Below the pieces are notes generated by a model that was not told where the DNA came from, ran no database searches, and worked only from the letters and a program-made list of their open reading frames with translations. A program made the translations under genes and the position numbers. Source: a virus (lineage: Duplodnaviria; Caudoviricetes). From it: DNA of 64,000 nucleotides. Location of the stretch: positions 1,340 through 65,339 of IMG/VR virus record IMGVR_UViG_3300023223_000769; one strand, 5' to 3'. This document shows, piece by piece, positions 19,852 to 29,994 of this stretch. How positions within the stretch are numbered: position 1 is the stretch's first letter; every line of letters starts with the position of its first letter.

Positions 19852-22526
19852 ATCATGGAATATTTTCCAGGTACAAGACTTATGGTGTTTGATCCATCCT
19901 TGTTTAAGGATGATGTAACGACACCTTTGAGTATGACAATGAAGCCAGCCACGGTTACGTGTTGGTACGGTTATCGAGATAAGCAGTTTGGGATTTATGG
20001 AAATATGGTGGACGTTCTTTTCGATCACAGACCGGAAAGGGTATCTAAAGGTCATTTTATATGGGCGGTAAAAAAATTATAGGAGGTTCTATGTTTAAGA
20101 TTATTACTTTTAAAAAGGATGATATGAAGAGAAGGTTCATGGACCCCTTAGGTTGTCCCATTCACGCAGCAATGAAAAGGGCCGGTGTGCCTGTATCCAC
20201 AGTTGGTGGGGATTCATGGTATACAGAGGCTATTAGCCTTGATGGTGAGAGACAAGAGAATAATTTTAGTAAAAAGTTGAAAGCAGCATCAAGTATTCTA
20301 TCGGAGTCTGCGGTTAGTAGCCCAAAGGTAAAGACTATGCTCAGACAGAAACTTATTGGCAAATCGTTCAAGGTTGCATATCTATTTCTGTTCTTGATGG
20401 TCATGGCCGGTTGTCGGGTCGAGGGAGTATTCCTGGATAAGGCGTACCGTATTTGCCGTGGGCATAACGGTATTCAAAGTGTGAATATGGATACAAGAGA
20501 GGTTGCTTGTCACGATGGACTCGTGAAGAATTTTAGGACAAGAGCCAGAGGATGAGAAAAGCTAAAATAAACTTTGGCAAGGTAAGCACATGTAGTAATT
20601 GCGGCTGGATAACTCCGTGGGTGATTATAAAGCAATTGGGGGGAGCCGAGCCGGGGAAATACTATGTGTGCTTGGGTTGTAAGAAAGAATACTGTATCCT
20701 GTGTTGGGCATCCGTACCGGGGACCGAGTACCTATGCCCAGACTTCCCGAAAGGTCAAATAAAAGAAGATGACCCTATGCGTTGGGTCCAGAAGAGGTAT
20801 TAAAATGGAAAAAACAATTACTTTTACCAAAGGGGATTTAGAGAAAAATTATACGTCACCATGCGGCTGTTCAATTTATACAGCTATGAAGAGAGCCAGA
20901 ATACCAGTACTCAGTGTTACCCCGGAATTTTGGAGGTTGCCTGTCAATCGCTGTATAGCATTTGGTGTAGAGTTACAGGAAGCTTCTGATATACTTGCTG
21001 ATGCCTGTAACAGTCGAGATGAAAAGGCCCTTGCACTTAGAGATTCTTTGTTAGGCAAATCTTTTGTAATCTCGTATTAAGGAGATATTAAAATGACTAT
21101 TGAGGAATTTGAAATAATAATGGATGACGAGAGTGGTAGTTTTGATAATGAATTTTTCAGTAATCTTGAAGATGATAATGCAGTGTTAGGTTTATTACTT
21201 ATTCGAAAATATCTGCCAAAGGCTGGTATCGAGGGAGCAGATCATGATGTGATTTTTGGTGCAGATATTGAAACTTTGGTTAAGGCTGGAATTACAAAAG
21301 ATGATGCACTTATGCTGAAAAGTTTGAATTGGATGATCCAGGATGATTCGTTAGCTTGTTTCGTATAGGAGATCAGATGGCACATACAACTGAATTAAAC
21401 GATGGTTACTGTATGCGTTGTAGCTGGCCTGAGTACAAGTCACCGGTAGCTACTTTTTACTTAGGTAATTTTCAGGCTAGGTTGTGCGTCACACATGCTC
21501 GTGAGTTGATCGAGGAATTAACAAATTGGTCAAGAGATGGTTATGGAGGTTTTAAGAATGAGCGCAGATAACGGAATCTATATCGGTGTATTCGATGATG
21601 GCTATAGGGTCGTTCACGCACAAGCGATTGAGAATTGCGAGGGTGACGATGATGTGACGTTGGCCTATATCCATACCTATTTTAAAGATGCAAAGGTAAT
21701 ATCTAATCGAGAAGAGGCTTGGCAAGCGGCACGAGATATTTATGATGAAATGGGGCTGGATGATTTTGCTGTCCTTGAGTATGGGATCTCTGAGATCCAG
21801 TTTAATGTTCCTTTTCCTAAAATGACAGAGGAAAAGTGTAAGAGACTCATGGGGGCGTTATGGTAAAGGGAAGTGATTACATTCTGTATCAGGACCGTGA
21901 ATGCGCTTCGTGCAATAGACTGTGTGCAATGTCTAATATGCATCAATGGGAGCATAAATATTACTGTCCTAATGAGGAATGTTGGCCGGAAGAATACTAC
22001 AGATTGTACTTCCATCACGAATTTTAAGGAGGGTACTTAAATGCGATCTGATACAAAATTAGCTAAACTTGCAACCAAATGGAGTAACGGCACGGCATCA
22101 AGTGTGGCCGCACCGGATCACGTTGTACAGGATATGAATTATCTCATTGGTAGGGTTAATGAATTGGAGCATCAATTGGATATGCATTTTGAGAATGATA
22201 CAACCGGGGACTGTCCTGGCTGTTACATGGAAGTGATTTGGGAGAAACAGATAGAGGAAGTGCAAAAGAAGCTTAAGGTTGCAAGAAAGAGTTTTAGAGA
22301 AGCAGATAGAGAAAACCTAGGTTTGTCCGGGATTGTTTGTAACTTGTCCAAGTTACACAAGACTTTGTTAAATAGCTCTTCTAGTCAGGCCTTTTTCTTT
22401 ATGCAACAGGCTTACGGGACAGATTTGGAATGGGACGAAGTTAAAAATTTGATGGAGGAACATGCGAAATGGTGTAGAGGTAAGTTATCGAAAAAATTGA
22501 AGAAACACCTAGATTTGCTACAAGGG

Positions 22527-22555
22527 TAGACAAAAAACATTGGTCCTGCTATAAT
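22527..22555 (+). promoter_or_regulatory. sigma-70-type promoter
   Basis: TAGACA-N17-TATAAT with extended TG. Confidence 0.75.
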
Positions 22556-22641
22556 GATCTTATGAATGGCGGTAGTCTGGAATGGCTACTATTAATTCCC
22601 ACGGTAGGGGTTTCCCCACAGTAGGGAAGGAGGTCATAATT

Positions 22642-23805
22642 ATGGAGCTATTTACAGCTTCGAATCAATGGGCATCTCGCCCAAGTGACGAAAGATTTTC
22701 CAACCTGGAAGATCTTTATAACCAGTGTGCGGAATATAGGATAAGGGCAAAAGAAAAGACAGTAGATTTTGGTGATCTACGTGTCAATGCCGATAACGGT
22801 GAGGTCGTAATCACAGGTAAGCAGAATCTTCCTGCGAAAATGACTCATTGGGCATTCGGTCAGTTGTGTACAAAGCTTGGCGCACCTGGATCTTATCTCC
22901 GGGATTTACCTGCTACTTTGGCTGCTCAGAATATTAATTATGGGTTAGCTAAAGGTTTGTACAAAGAGAATGGGGATGAGAAGGAAGCGAGTTTGCTTCT
23001 CCATCGTATGGCAGACAATGTTATGCTTAGTGCCATAACAAGTCCTAAGTATTCTCGCATTTGGAACTCGCAGGTGGTTACAGAGGTCAGGGGCCTCACA
23101 GAGTTTGGTTGGAGGGTGCCTCCGGCAAGACCTGCATTCGGAAAGGTGGTTGGAGCTAGACCGGCTACGGCTGAAGACGTGTTGAACGATAGTGGTTTTG
23201 GTTTGTCGGTCAACATAGGTGATATGATTGCTCCGGCTGGCTTGTATGCTAGTGACCATGATCTTTTTATTTTCATGGTTAATGAGAAATTTAGAATCAA
23301 CGATGGATCGAATGATGGTTTGTCTCGTGGCTTCTTTGTCGAGAATAGCGAAGTGGGTGCTGCGAGTTTGAAGGTTCTTAGTTTTCTCTATAAGCATGTT
23401 TGCGGTAATCACATTGTATGGGATGCATCCGGTGTACAAGAACTTAGGATTCCCCATATCGGTGATGCTAACGAGAGATACCAGGGAGAGATAGTGTCAG
23501 AGCTTCAACGGTATGCCGAATCATCTGCCCAAGAGACAGAGCAAGCGATTCGGGTTAGTCAGAATTTTCAGATAGAGGTTGATAAGGATAAGGTTGTGGA
23601 TTTTCTTTTTGGAAAAAAGATCCTTACCAAAAGACGTGCAACGGAAGCATTTGAGGATGCCGAAACGCATCCAGAAGATGGTTCTCCACGGTCTGCCTGG
23701 GGAATGGCCCAGGCAATTACTCGCTTGTCTCAGCAAAGTCCCTATGCTGACGAGAGAGTGAAGATGGATCGTGCGGCTGCAAAGGTACTAACTATTGCTC
23801 AGTAG
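22642..23805 (+). CDS. DUF932-family protein
   Basis: AAGGAGG RBS; QWASRPSDERF, YASDHD.FIF, RGFFV.NSEVG, VCGNH. Confidence 0.75.
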   Translation: MELFTASNQWASRPSDERFSNLEDLYNQCAEYRIRAKEKTVDFGDLRVNADNGEVVITGKQNLPAKMTHWAFGQLCTKLGAPGSYLRDLPATLAAQNINYGLAKGLYKENGDEKEASLLLHRMADNVMLSAITSPKYSRIWNSQVVTEVRGLTEFGWRVPPARPAFGKVVGARPATAEDVLNDSGFGLSVNIGDMIAPAGLYASDHDLFIFMVNEKFRINDGSNDGLSRGFFVENSEVGAASLKVLSFLYKHVCGNHIVWDASGVQELRIPHIGDANERYQGEIVSELQRYAESSAQETEQAIRVSQNFQIEVDKDKVVDFLFGKKILTKRRATEAFEDAETHPEDGSPRSAWGMAQAITRLSQQSPYADERVKMDRAAAKVLTIAQ

Positions 23806-23823
23806 TACCCTTGCCTAATTGGT

Positions 23824-23856
23824 GGACCCTCCGGTGATCTCCTCCCCGGAGGGTCC
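23824..23856 (+). terminator. GC-rich stem-loop after the DUF932 gene
   Basis: GGACCCTCCGG/CCGGAGGGTCC; no strong U-tract. Confidence 0.5.
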
Positions 23857-24016
23857 GATGTTGTCATAGAAAGGAATCTATAATGAAGATTGAAAAAAGA
23901 GATTACGATACGCTTGACGCACTAACGGTGATAGCTCTCACGTCAGACTTGGATACGCATCCTGCGAATTATCATGGCGCATGTATCTGTAATACCTGTC
24001 ACGCACTGCGAATGAT

Positions 24017-24087
24017 ATGAAACGATTATGAAACGATTATGACTTGATTATGAAACGATTATGACTTGATTATGAAACGATTATGAC
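24017..24087 (+). repeat. 11-bp tandem repeat ATGA(AAC/CTT)GATT x6.5
   Basis: read directly; unit order A A B A B A. Confidence 0.95.
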
Positions 24088-24121
24088 AGGGTACAAAAAA
24101 TCATTTCAATAGGAGGATAAA

Positions 24122-24805
24122 ATGCGTCAATTTGTATTGCTTTTGGTTTCTATATTTTTTGCCGGTTGTTCTGGACTAACAGTGTTGGGTACCCATCAGT
24201 TACTGGATGGTACCACAATGGAAGTTATCCAAATGACTAGCAAGGGTGAGTCTGGACCTAAGATTAAGGTTCTTGAGGTTCATATCTATGATCCTGAGGC
24301 AGAGGAATCTGTTTTGGAGTCTCGTTACAGTGCATCCGGTCAAGGTATTGTTGATTCCATTATTTCAACTAGCATACCGGCTGCAATTTCGGGTGGCTTA
24401 AGTGTTGCTGCTGCTAGAGCGAGAAGGCCTAACAAAACTACTGTAACGCAGAGTGGTGGTGGAGCCGTTTCTACAGGTGGAAGTTCTTCATCTTCTGCTA
24501 AGGCTAAAGGTGGAGCCGGGGGCGAAGGTGGAAATTCCAATTCGGAATCATCTGCTACAGCTACCGGAGGCGAAGGTGAAGTTTATTATGAGGGTGAGAT
24601 AAACGTGAATACTACTAACACGAACACCAATACCTCTGAATCTTCGTCTAGCTCTGAATCCTCAAGTGAGAGTAATTCCGAGGGTGGATCAGGCGGCGAA
24701 GGTGGCTCCGGTGGTGAAGGTGGAAGTGGTGGAAGTGGTGGAGCCGGTGGTCATGGTTGCCCAGGAAATTCTTGTGGCAGACAAGATCCACCTAACGAAC
24801 ATTAA
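24122..24805 (+). CDS. lipoprotein with Gly/Ser/Glu-rich low-complexity tail
   Basis: FFAG|C lipobox; GGSGGEGG repeats; terminal CPGNSC. Confidence 0.75.
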   Translation: MRQFVLLLVSIFFAGCSGLTVLGTHQLLDGTTMEVIQMTSKGESGPKIKVLEVHIYDPEAEESVLESRYSASGQGIVDSIISTSIPAAISGGLSVAAARARRPNKTTVTQSGGGAVSTGGSSSSSAKAKGGAGGEGGNSNSESSATATGGEGEVYYEGEINVNTTNTNTNTSESSSSSESSSESNSEGGSGGEGGSGGEGGSGGSGGAGGHGCPGNSCGRQDPPNEH

Positions 24806-24816
24806 TTAGCTTGGGA

Positions 24817-25029
24817 AGCTGGCCGATCCGGGGGAGGCGCATCCGGGGTGATAATAACACGCTTAGTCAGCTAGATCTCGTGCCACCTGGGGACTAACCA
24901 GGGTACCATTGCGGGTGGAGTGGGCCGTGCCACGGAACCCCTAAGGCTAACGGTACACGGACATGCCGGTGAAGGATACACACTGCTTTTTGGCCTGTGG
25001 TGTATGGATCTGTAGACCGGTGACGAGAT
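24817..25029 (+). ncRNA. structured noncoding RNA immediately 5' of tRNA-Met
   Basis: 24817-24826/24863-24872; ATCTCGT/ACGAGAT (24875-24881/25023-25029) closes a multibranch with CCTGG/CCAGG, CCGTG/CACGG, CCGGT/ACCGG. Confidence 0.6.
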
Positions 25030-25034
25030 AATTT

Positions 25035-25106
25035 TGCGGGGAGTCTTGGAGACAGGGAAGGCTCATAACCTTTTCAGAGTGGGTTCGATACCCATCCCCG
25101 CATCCA
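25035..25106 (+). tRNA. tRNA-Met(CAT), shortened D-arm
   Basis: TGCGGGG/CCCCGCA+TCCA; GAAGG-CTCATAA-CCTTT; T-arm GTGGG-TTCGATA-CCCAT. Confidence 0.75.
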
Positions 25107-25496
25107 TGGAGGAATTATGACTGATAAAGAAGTAGGAGAAGCATTCAAAGAAACGCAAATCTTTGGTACTGATTATAACGATAACGGGGCCAAAATGCGT
25201 AGCTATAATTTAAAGATACGAATGCGTGAGGTAATTTCTAAGCTTGTAACTGAACGTGCAGATTCTCAATACTATGAACCTGGCGGTACTGGTCGAGAAG
25301 GCATACAGTATGCTCTAATAGATTTTGGTATTAAAGAGGAAGATTGGGATGGCTATAATAAAAATTGAATCTAGTGATGGAACTTTTGTTTGGGAAAAAG
25401 AATTTACGGGCGAAGATATTTATTATATGCAAAAAGAAAGTTATGGACTTCTTGATGCACTAAATAAAGCTGCTGATATAGATGAAAGGAATCAAA

Positions 25497-26666
25497 ATGA
25501 GTCAGATGATTGACAATAAAATAATTGCGTTTTTGGACCCTGAGACAATTGAGGAAGCAGCAAAGCAGCAATTGTTTAATATCGCACGTCTACCTTTTAT
25601 CTTTAGGCATGTGGCCGTGATGCCAGATTGCCATTTAGGGAAAGGTGCGACTGTTGGATCTGTCATTGCAACCAAAGGGGCTGTCGTACCGGCTGCTGTG
25701 GGTGTGGATATCGGTTGTGGCATGATTGCAGTAAAGACAGCAGCTAGTGCAAATCATTTGCCAGATAATTTAAAAGACTTGCGGGATGGTATTGAGAAAA
25801 GGGTGCCTAGTGGTTTTGCTGTTAATCAACATATGACAGTTTCAGCTAGGGACAGAGCAACCATGTTGAATCTGAAGAGTATGAGGGATTATGATGAGGT
25901 CGATCCTAAGTGGCCTAAGGCTATTGGGTCATTAGGTGGTGGAAATCATTTCATCGAAATTTGTTTAGATGAAGATGATTACGTGTGGATCGTGTTGCAT
26001 TCAGGTTCTCGTGGTATCGGAAATAAGATTGCTCGTTTTCATATGGATGCTGCAAAGGACTGTATGAAAAAATGGCATATCGAATTGGCAGACCGGGACT
26101 TGGCTTACTTACCGGAGAAGACACCAGAGTATATAGCCTACATGAGAGATTTAAAGTGGGCGCAAGATTTTGCGTTGGCGAACCGGGAAGAAATGATGGA
26201 TCGTGTATTGGTTGAGTTTTTTAAATCTGTCCCTGAAATAATACGGGGGATAGAGATGGAGCGAATCAATTGTCATCACAATTTTACGCAGATGGAAAAC
26301 CATTATGGTCAGAATGTTTTAGTTACTCGTAAAGGTGCTATCCAAATGCGGAGGGGTCAGAGGGGCGTAATACCGGGATCGATGGGAACCAAATCTTACA
26401 TCGTGTCGGGTTTGGAAAACAGAGAGGCGTTTCATTCGGCACCCCATGGGGCCGGTAGACGCTTTTCTAGGACAGAAGCTAGAAGGCGTTTTACCATGGA
26501 TGATTACAAAGAGGCCATGAAGGGCATTGAGTGTCGGGAGTCGAAAGCTTTGTTAGATGAGATACCGGCTGCATACAAGGATATCGATGTTGTCATGGAA
26601 AACAGTAACGAGTTGGTCGAAGTGAAGCACGTACTGAAACAGGTCTTGAATGTGAAGGGTGATTAA
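25497..26666 (+). CDS. rtcB: RNA-splicing/repair ligase RtcB
   Basis: MPDCH, GVDIGCG, GGGNHFIE, HSGSRG, HHN, RKGA, PGSMG, HGAGR, DE.P.AYK. Confidence 0.95.
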   Translation: MSQMIDNKIIAFLDPETIEEAAKQQLFNIARLPFIFRHVAVMPDCHLGKGATVGSVIATKGAVVPAAVGVDIGCGMIAVKTAASANHLPDNLKDLRDGIEKRVPSGFAVNQHMTVSARDRATMLNLKSMRDYDEVDPKWPKAIGSLGGGNHFIEICLDEDDYVWIVLHSGSRGIGNKIARFHMDAAKDCMKKWHIELADRDLAYLPEKTPEYIAYMRDLKWAQDFALANREEMMDRVLVEFFKSVPEIIRGIEMERINCHHNFTQMENHYGQNVLVTRKGAIQMRRGQRGVIPGSMGTKSYIVSGLENREAFHSAPHGAGRRFSRTEARRRFTMDDYKEAMKGIECRESKALLDEIPAAYKDIDVVMENSNELVEVKHVLKQVLNVKGD

Positions 26667-27178
26667 GATGAAATTAACACTTACTTATCATTATGATCCT
26701 GGTGTCAATAACCATATGGTATGTGTGGTTTATAATGAGGAGGGTAAAAAGATAGCGAGTGGGTATCATAGCCGGGATTTTACGGAAGCTAAATGGGCAG
26801 CATTACGTGAAGCACAACGAATTTTCTCTATTAAACCCATTATAGTTCCGAAAACAGAATACGTTGATGTTAGTTGGGGGGTTTGATGGCTAAATTTCAG
26901 ATCGGTGATAAAGTATTTATTAATTCTTACGGCAATACAGGTAAGCCTAGGATAGGTCCGGGAGAGATCATTCATATTTTTAAAGCCGGAGAAAAACCAG
27001 ACCACTATCTGGTCAAAGAATACTACGGTGTTTCGTCAATACATAAAAACTTTAAAGGTTTTATGCGAACACTAGAGGTAGATCGTGTCGTTGTTCGGAG
27101 AGAGGATGGTGACGGTGGGTGTCTGGTAATCGCTGGAAATGTTATAAGAGCCATATTAAAGAAAGTTAGGGTATTCAA

Positions 27179-27401
27179 ATGAAGAAAGATCCAAAGAGAG
27201 TAGACCCTTTGATGAAAAGACTAACGGCTGTATGGAGGCAAAATCCAGAGTTACGTTTAGGTCAGTTGATTGGTAATGCTTTGAATAGCAACGTTGCTAT
27301 ATTACGTTGAAGATGATAAACTGATAAACGAACTTGAACTTTACACTGCCGGTTACTATGGAGAACGGTCTGCCAGTACTGGCACAAAAAGGATGCCATG
27401 A
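27179..27401 (+). pseudogene. small hypothetical gene with apparent +1 frameshift near 27296
   Basis: KDPKRVD...W.QNPELRLGQLI stops at 27310; the +1 frame continues LYYVEDDKLINELE. Confidence 0.5.
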
Positions 27402-27467
27402 CAGAATGGCAATTGTCTGTGTTTGCAAAACACAAGTACGAGGGTTCGATTCCCTCTGGCATCTCCA
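27392..27467 (+). tRNA. tRNA-Cys(GCA)
   Basis: GATGCCA/TGGCATC+TCCA (U73); TGTGT-TTGCAAA-ACACA. Confidence 0.9.
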
Positions 27468-27815
27468 AAATTAAAAGGAGAATGGAATGAAAAAGATAAC
27501 GATAGATCGAAAAATTTGGTTACGTGGTAAAATGTGTTGCGTTGGAATTTATCTCAGTCAATGCAAGGTTCCTAAAAAGGAATTACTTGATATGCCCGAT
27601 GCCGCATCAGTATCTGAACGAGAAGTTAAGATACCTAAACAGGCTGAGTGGCTCTTAGATCGTAGGAGTTATGGTGTTAATGATTTTTATTGCGATAACT
27701 CCGATGCGGCAGGTAAGTTAATGACTTTAAATGATAGGAATCCAAATGAAAAGAAAATAGCTGCTATATTTGCTAAGAATGGTGTTGAAATAGAATTTAT
27801 TAACTAGGAGAAAAA

Positions 27816-28895
27816 ATGCTTCGAAATGAAAAAGGATTTCTACTGATTGTCACAATTCATCTTTTGGCGATTATTTTATTCCTAGGCAGTGCGGCCTTGG
27901 TTCTTACTCGTATCGATCTTAAGATTACGGGTAACCACAAAACACGCACCACTGCCTTTTGGATAGCGGAAGCTGCTACACAGTACGCTAGGACTGCGTA
28001 TGCTTCGTCTACTCTTGATGGTGGAGTTGTATTTACATGGAATAGTTCGGGGTTGCTTTATCCTAGCTCTACGGGACTAGTAACGATAACCCCCGATGCT
28101 GTAGATCCAGATTTAGGTATAATTTCATCTACAGCTACTTATAGAGGTTCTACGACTACAGTAGAGGTAGGTTTCAAGAGGAATCTGCCTACGTTTGCAG
28201 GTGTGTTAGGCGGTGTTACAGCTAATGGACCGATAGAGGTTAATGGAACATTAGATATAGATGGACGTGATCATGATTTAAACTGTAACGTAACCGGTAC
28301 TCCTGGTGTCATGGGCATATATACTAATGCTACCTTTGGTCAAAGTGGTAATGCTGACGTTGGAGGCCACGCCTCCGGGACCGATTATGTACCGTCTAAT
28401 CCAGGAGATCCGGCTGTAATTACTCAAGGTGGGACAGAGGCTACCTCTACGCCTGATGCAGCTATAGGTATGGATGAAGGTACTCTTAAGTGGCTGGCGC
28501 AGAGTGGTATAGGCGGTGGTCAGTATGTGACTGATCCTAATAATTTGACTTTACCTTTGCAGGGTATCACATATGTTGAGCTAGGCCCCGGTGAGGTTTG
28601 GCAATCATCGAATATGTTGACTGATGGTTCTGGTGTTTTGGTTGTGCATAATGCAACCACTAATGCGATTTTAGAAAATACGAATGGTGGAACATTCACA
28701 GGGTTGGTTATTACCGATGATATTGTCCATTTACACAACGAGATCGTAGGTGCCTTAGTTACACTAACGCCTAATCCATCAAATGGTAATGTGCTAGGCA
28801 ACGGCACCGGTTCTGTATGTTTTAGTAGTATAGCTTTTGGAGGCATAGATATTCTGGAAGATATTGCAGAGACTTCGTGGAAGGAAGATATGTAA
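27816..28895 (+). CDS. PilX-like type IV minor pilin with large C-terminal domain
   Basis: class III signal MLRNEKG|FLLIV (no Glu5, as in PilX/GspK); hydrophobic helix; AFWIAEAA; Gly/Thr/Asn-rich beta-type domain. Confidence 0.8.
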   Translation: MLRNEKGFLLIVTIHLLAIILFLGSAALVLTRIDLKITGNHKTRTTAFWIAEAATQYARTAYASSTLDGGVVFTWNSSGLLYPSSTGLVTITPDAVDPDLGIISSTATYRGSTTTVEVGFKRNLPTFAGVLGGVTANGPIEVNGTLDIDGRDHDLNCNVTGTPGVMGIYTNATFGQSGNADVGGHASGTDYVPSNPGDPAVITQGGTEATSTPDAAIGMDEGTLKWLAQSGIGGGQYVTDPNNLTLPLQGITYVELGPGEVWQSSNMLTDGSGVLVVHNATTNAILENTNGGTFTGLVITDDIVHLHNEIVGALVTLTPNPSNGNVLGNGTGSVCFSSIAFGGIDILEDIAETSWKEDM

Positions 28896-29258
28896 ATGAA
28901 AACACAAAAAGGTTTTACCTTAATCGAAATTTTAGTTGCAATGTCTATATTGTCTGTCGGTTTTCTAGGGTCTGCTAGTCTAGCCGTAGGGATTATGAAA
29001 GGCAACTATCATGCTAAAAGTGTAACCACTGCGATTGTTCTAGCTCAAGATAAGTTAGAATCGATGAAGAATACAGGCTACCCTTTTGCTGTGTCGGGTA
29101 CCGAGGGGTATAACACTATGCCAGAATTTTGGCACTATAAGAGAGTTACAACGGTGTCAGTTAATACTCCGTTAGCGGATATGAAAACGGTTAACGTTCA
29201 AGTTTTTTGGAAGAGTGATGCCGGTTCGGTAATTGTCAAAACAGTTTTAACTCCGTAG
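28896..29258 (+). CDS. PilV-like type IV minor pilin
   Basis: MKTQKG|FTLIEILVAMSILSVG; A..LAQDKLE; K.V.V.V.W. Confidence 0.85.
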   Translation: MKTQKGFTLIEILVAMSILSVGFLGSASLAVGIMKGNYHAKSVTTAIVLAQDKLESMKNTGYPFAVSGTEGYNTMPEFWHYKRVTTVSVNTPLADMKTVNVQVFWKSDAGSVIVKTVLTP

Positions 29259-29613
29259 GAGGACAAACCTGATCCGCAGCAACAAGTAACTTACTATGTT
29301 TATAAACAGAGTAGCGTGACTACTATAAAAGCATATGGCTTTAAGGTTATAGAGGGGGCGTTGGTACTTACAGATAGAGATGGCGATATTATCCGAGTGT
29401 TTGCGTCTGGTGTGTGGAAAGAGATTCTACTGGAAGGAAAGAATAATGATACAGGCTATTAAATGTTTACTTGATTATCACGGCAAGACAGTGACAAAGG
29501 AATATCTTGGATTTATGGATTTGTACGATATGGAAGTGTGTGAGTTTTGTGAGAAACCGACTACCGGAAAACAAATTTACGAAAGACTAGATAAATTAGA
29601 AGGAATACGTTTT

Positions 29614-29994
29614 ATGAATAACAAAGGCTTTACACTTATCGAGTTGTTAGTTGTTATTGCAATTATTGGGATACTTGCGGCAATCGCCATTCCCCAATTT
29701 ATGTCATACAGTCACCGGGGTTTTGATGCTGACGTAAGATCGAATGTAAAGAATATGATCTTGGCGCAAGAAACCTATTTTGTAGACGTAGATACATATG
29801 CCAGTGGTACCGGTACATCTCCGGTATTTACCAGTAGAGGTTTTAGGTTGAGTCCAAATGTAAATATTGTGTCAACCAACTTTTCTACGTTCTTTACTGT
29901 TACGGCGAATGCTATAAAAGGTTGTTCTCCTGGTACCGGGGTTTGGACCTATACTAGTGCAACCGGCCAGCATTCAGGAAGCAGATGTAATTAG
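29614..29994 (+). CDS. pilA: type IVa major pilin (PilA-like)
   Basis: MNNKG|FTLIELLVVIAIIGILAAIAIPQF; C-terminal Cys pair; an in-frame upstream ATG also exists at 29446. Confidence 0.9.
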   Translation: MNNKGFTLIELLVVIAIIGILAAIAIPQFMSYSHRGFDADVRSNVKNMILAQETYFVDVDTYASGTGTSPVFTSRGFRLSPNVNIVSTNFSTFFTVTANAIKGCSPGTGVWTYTSATGQHSGSRCN

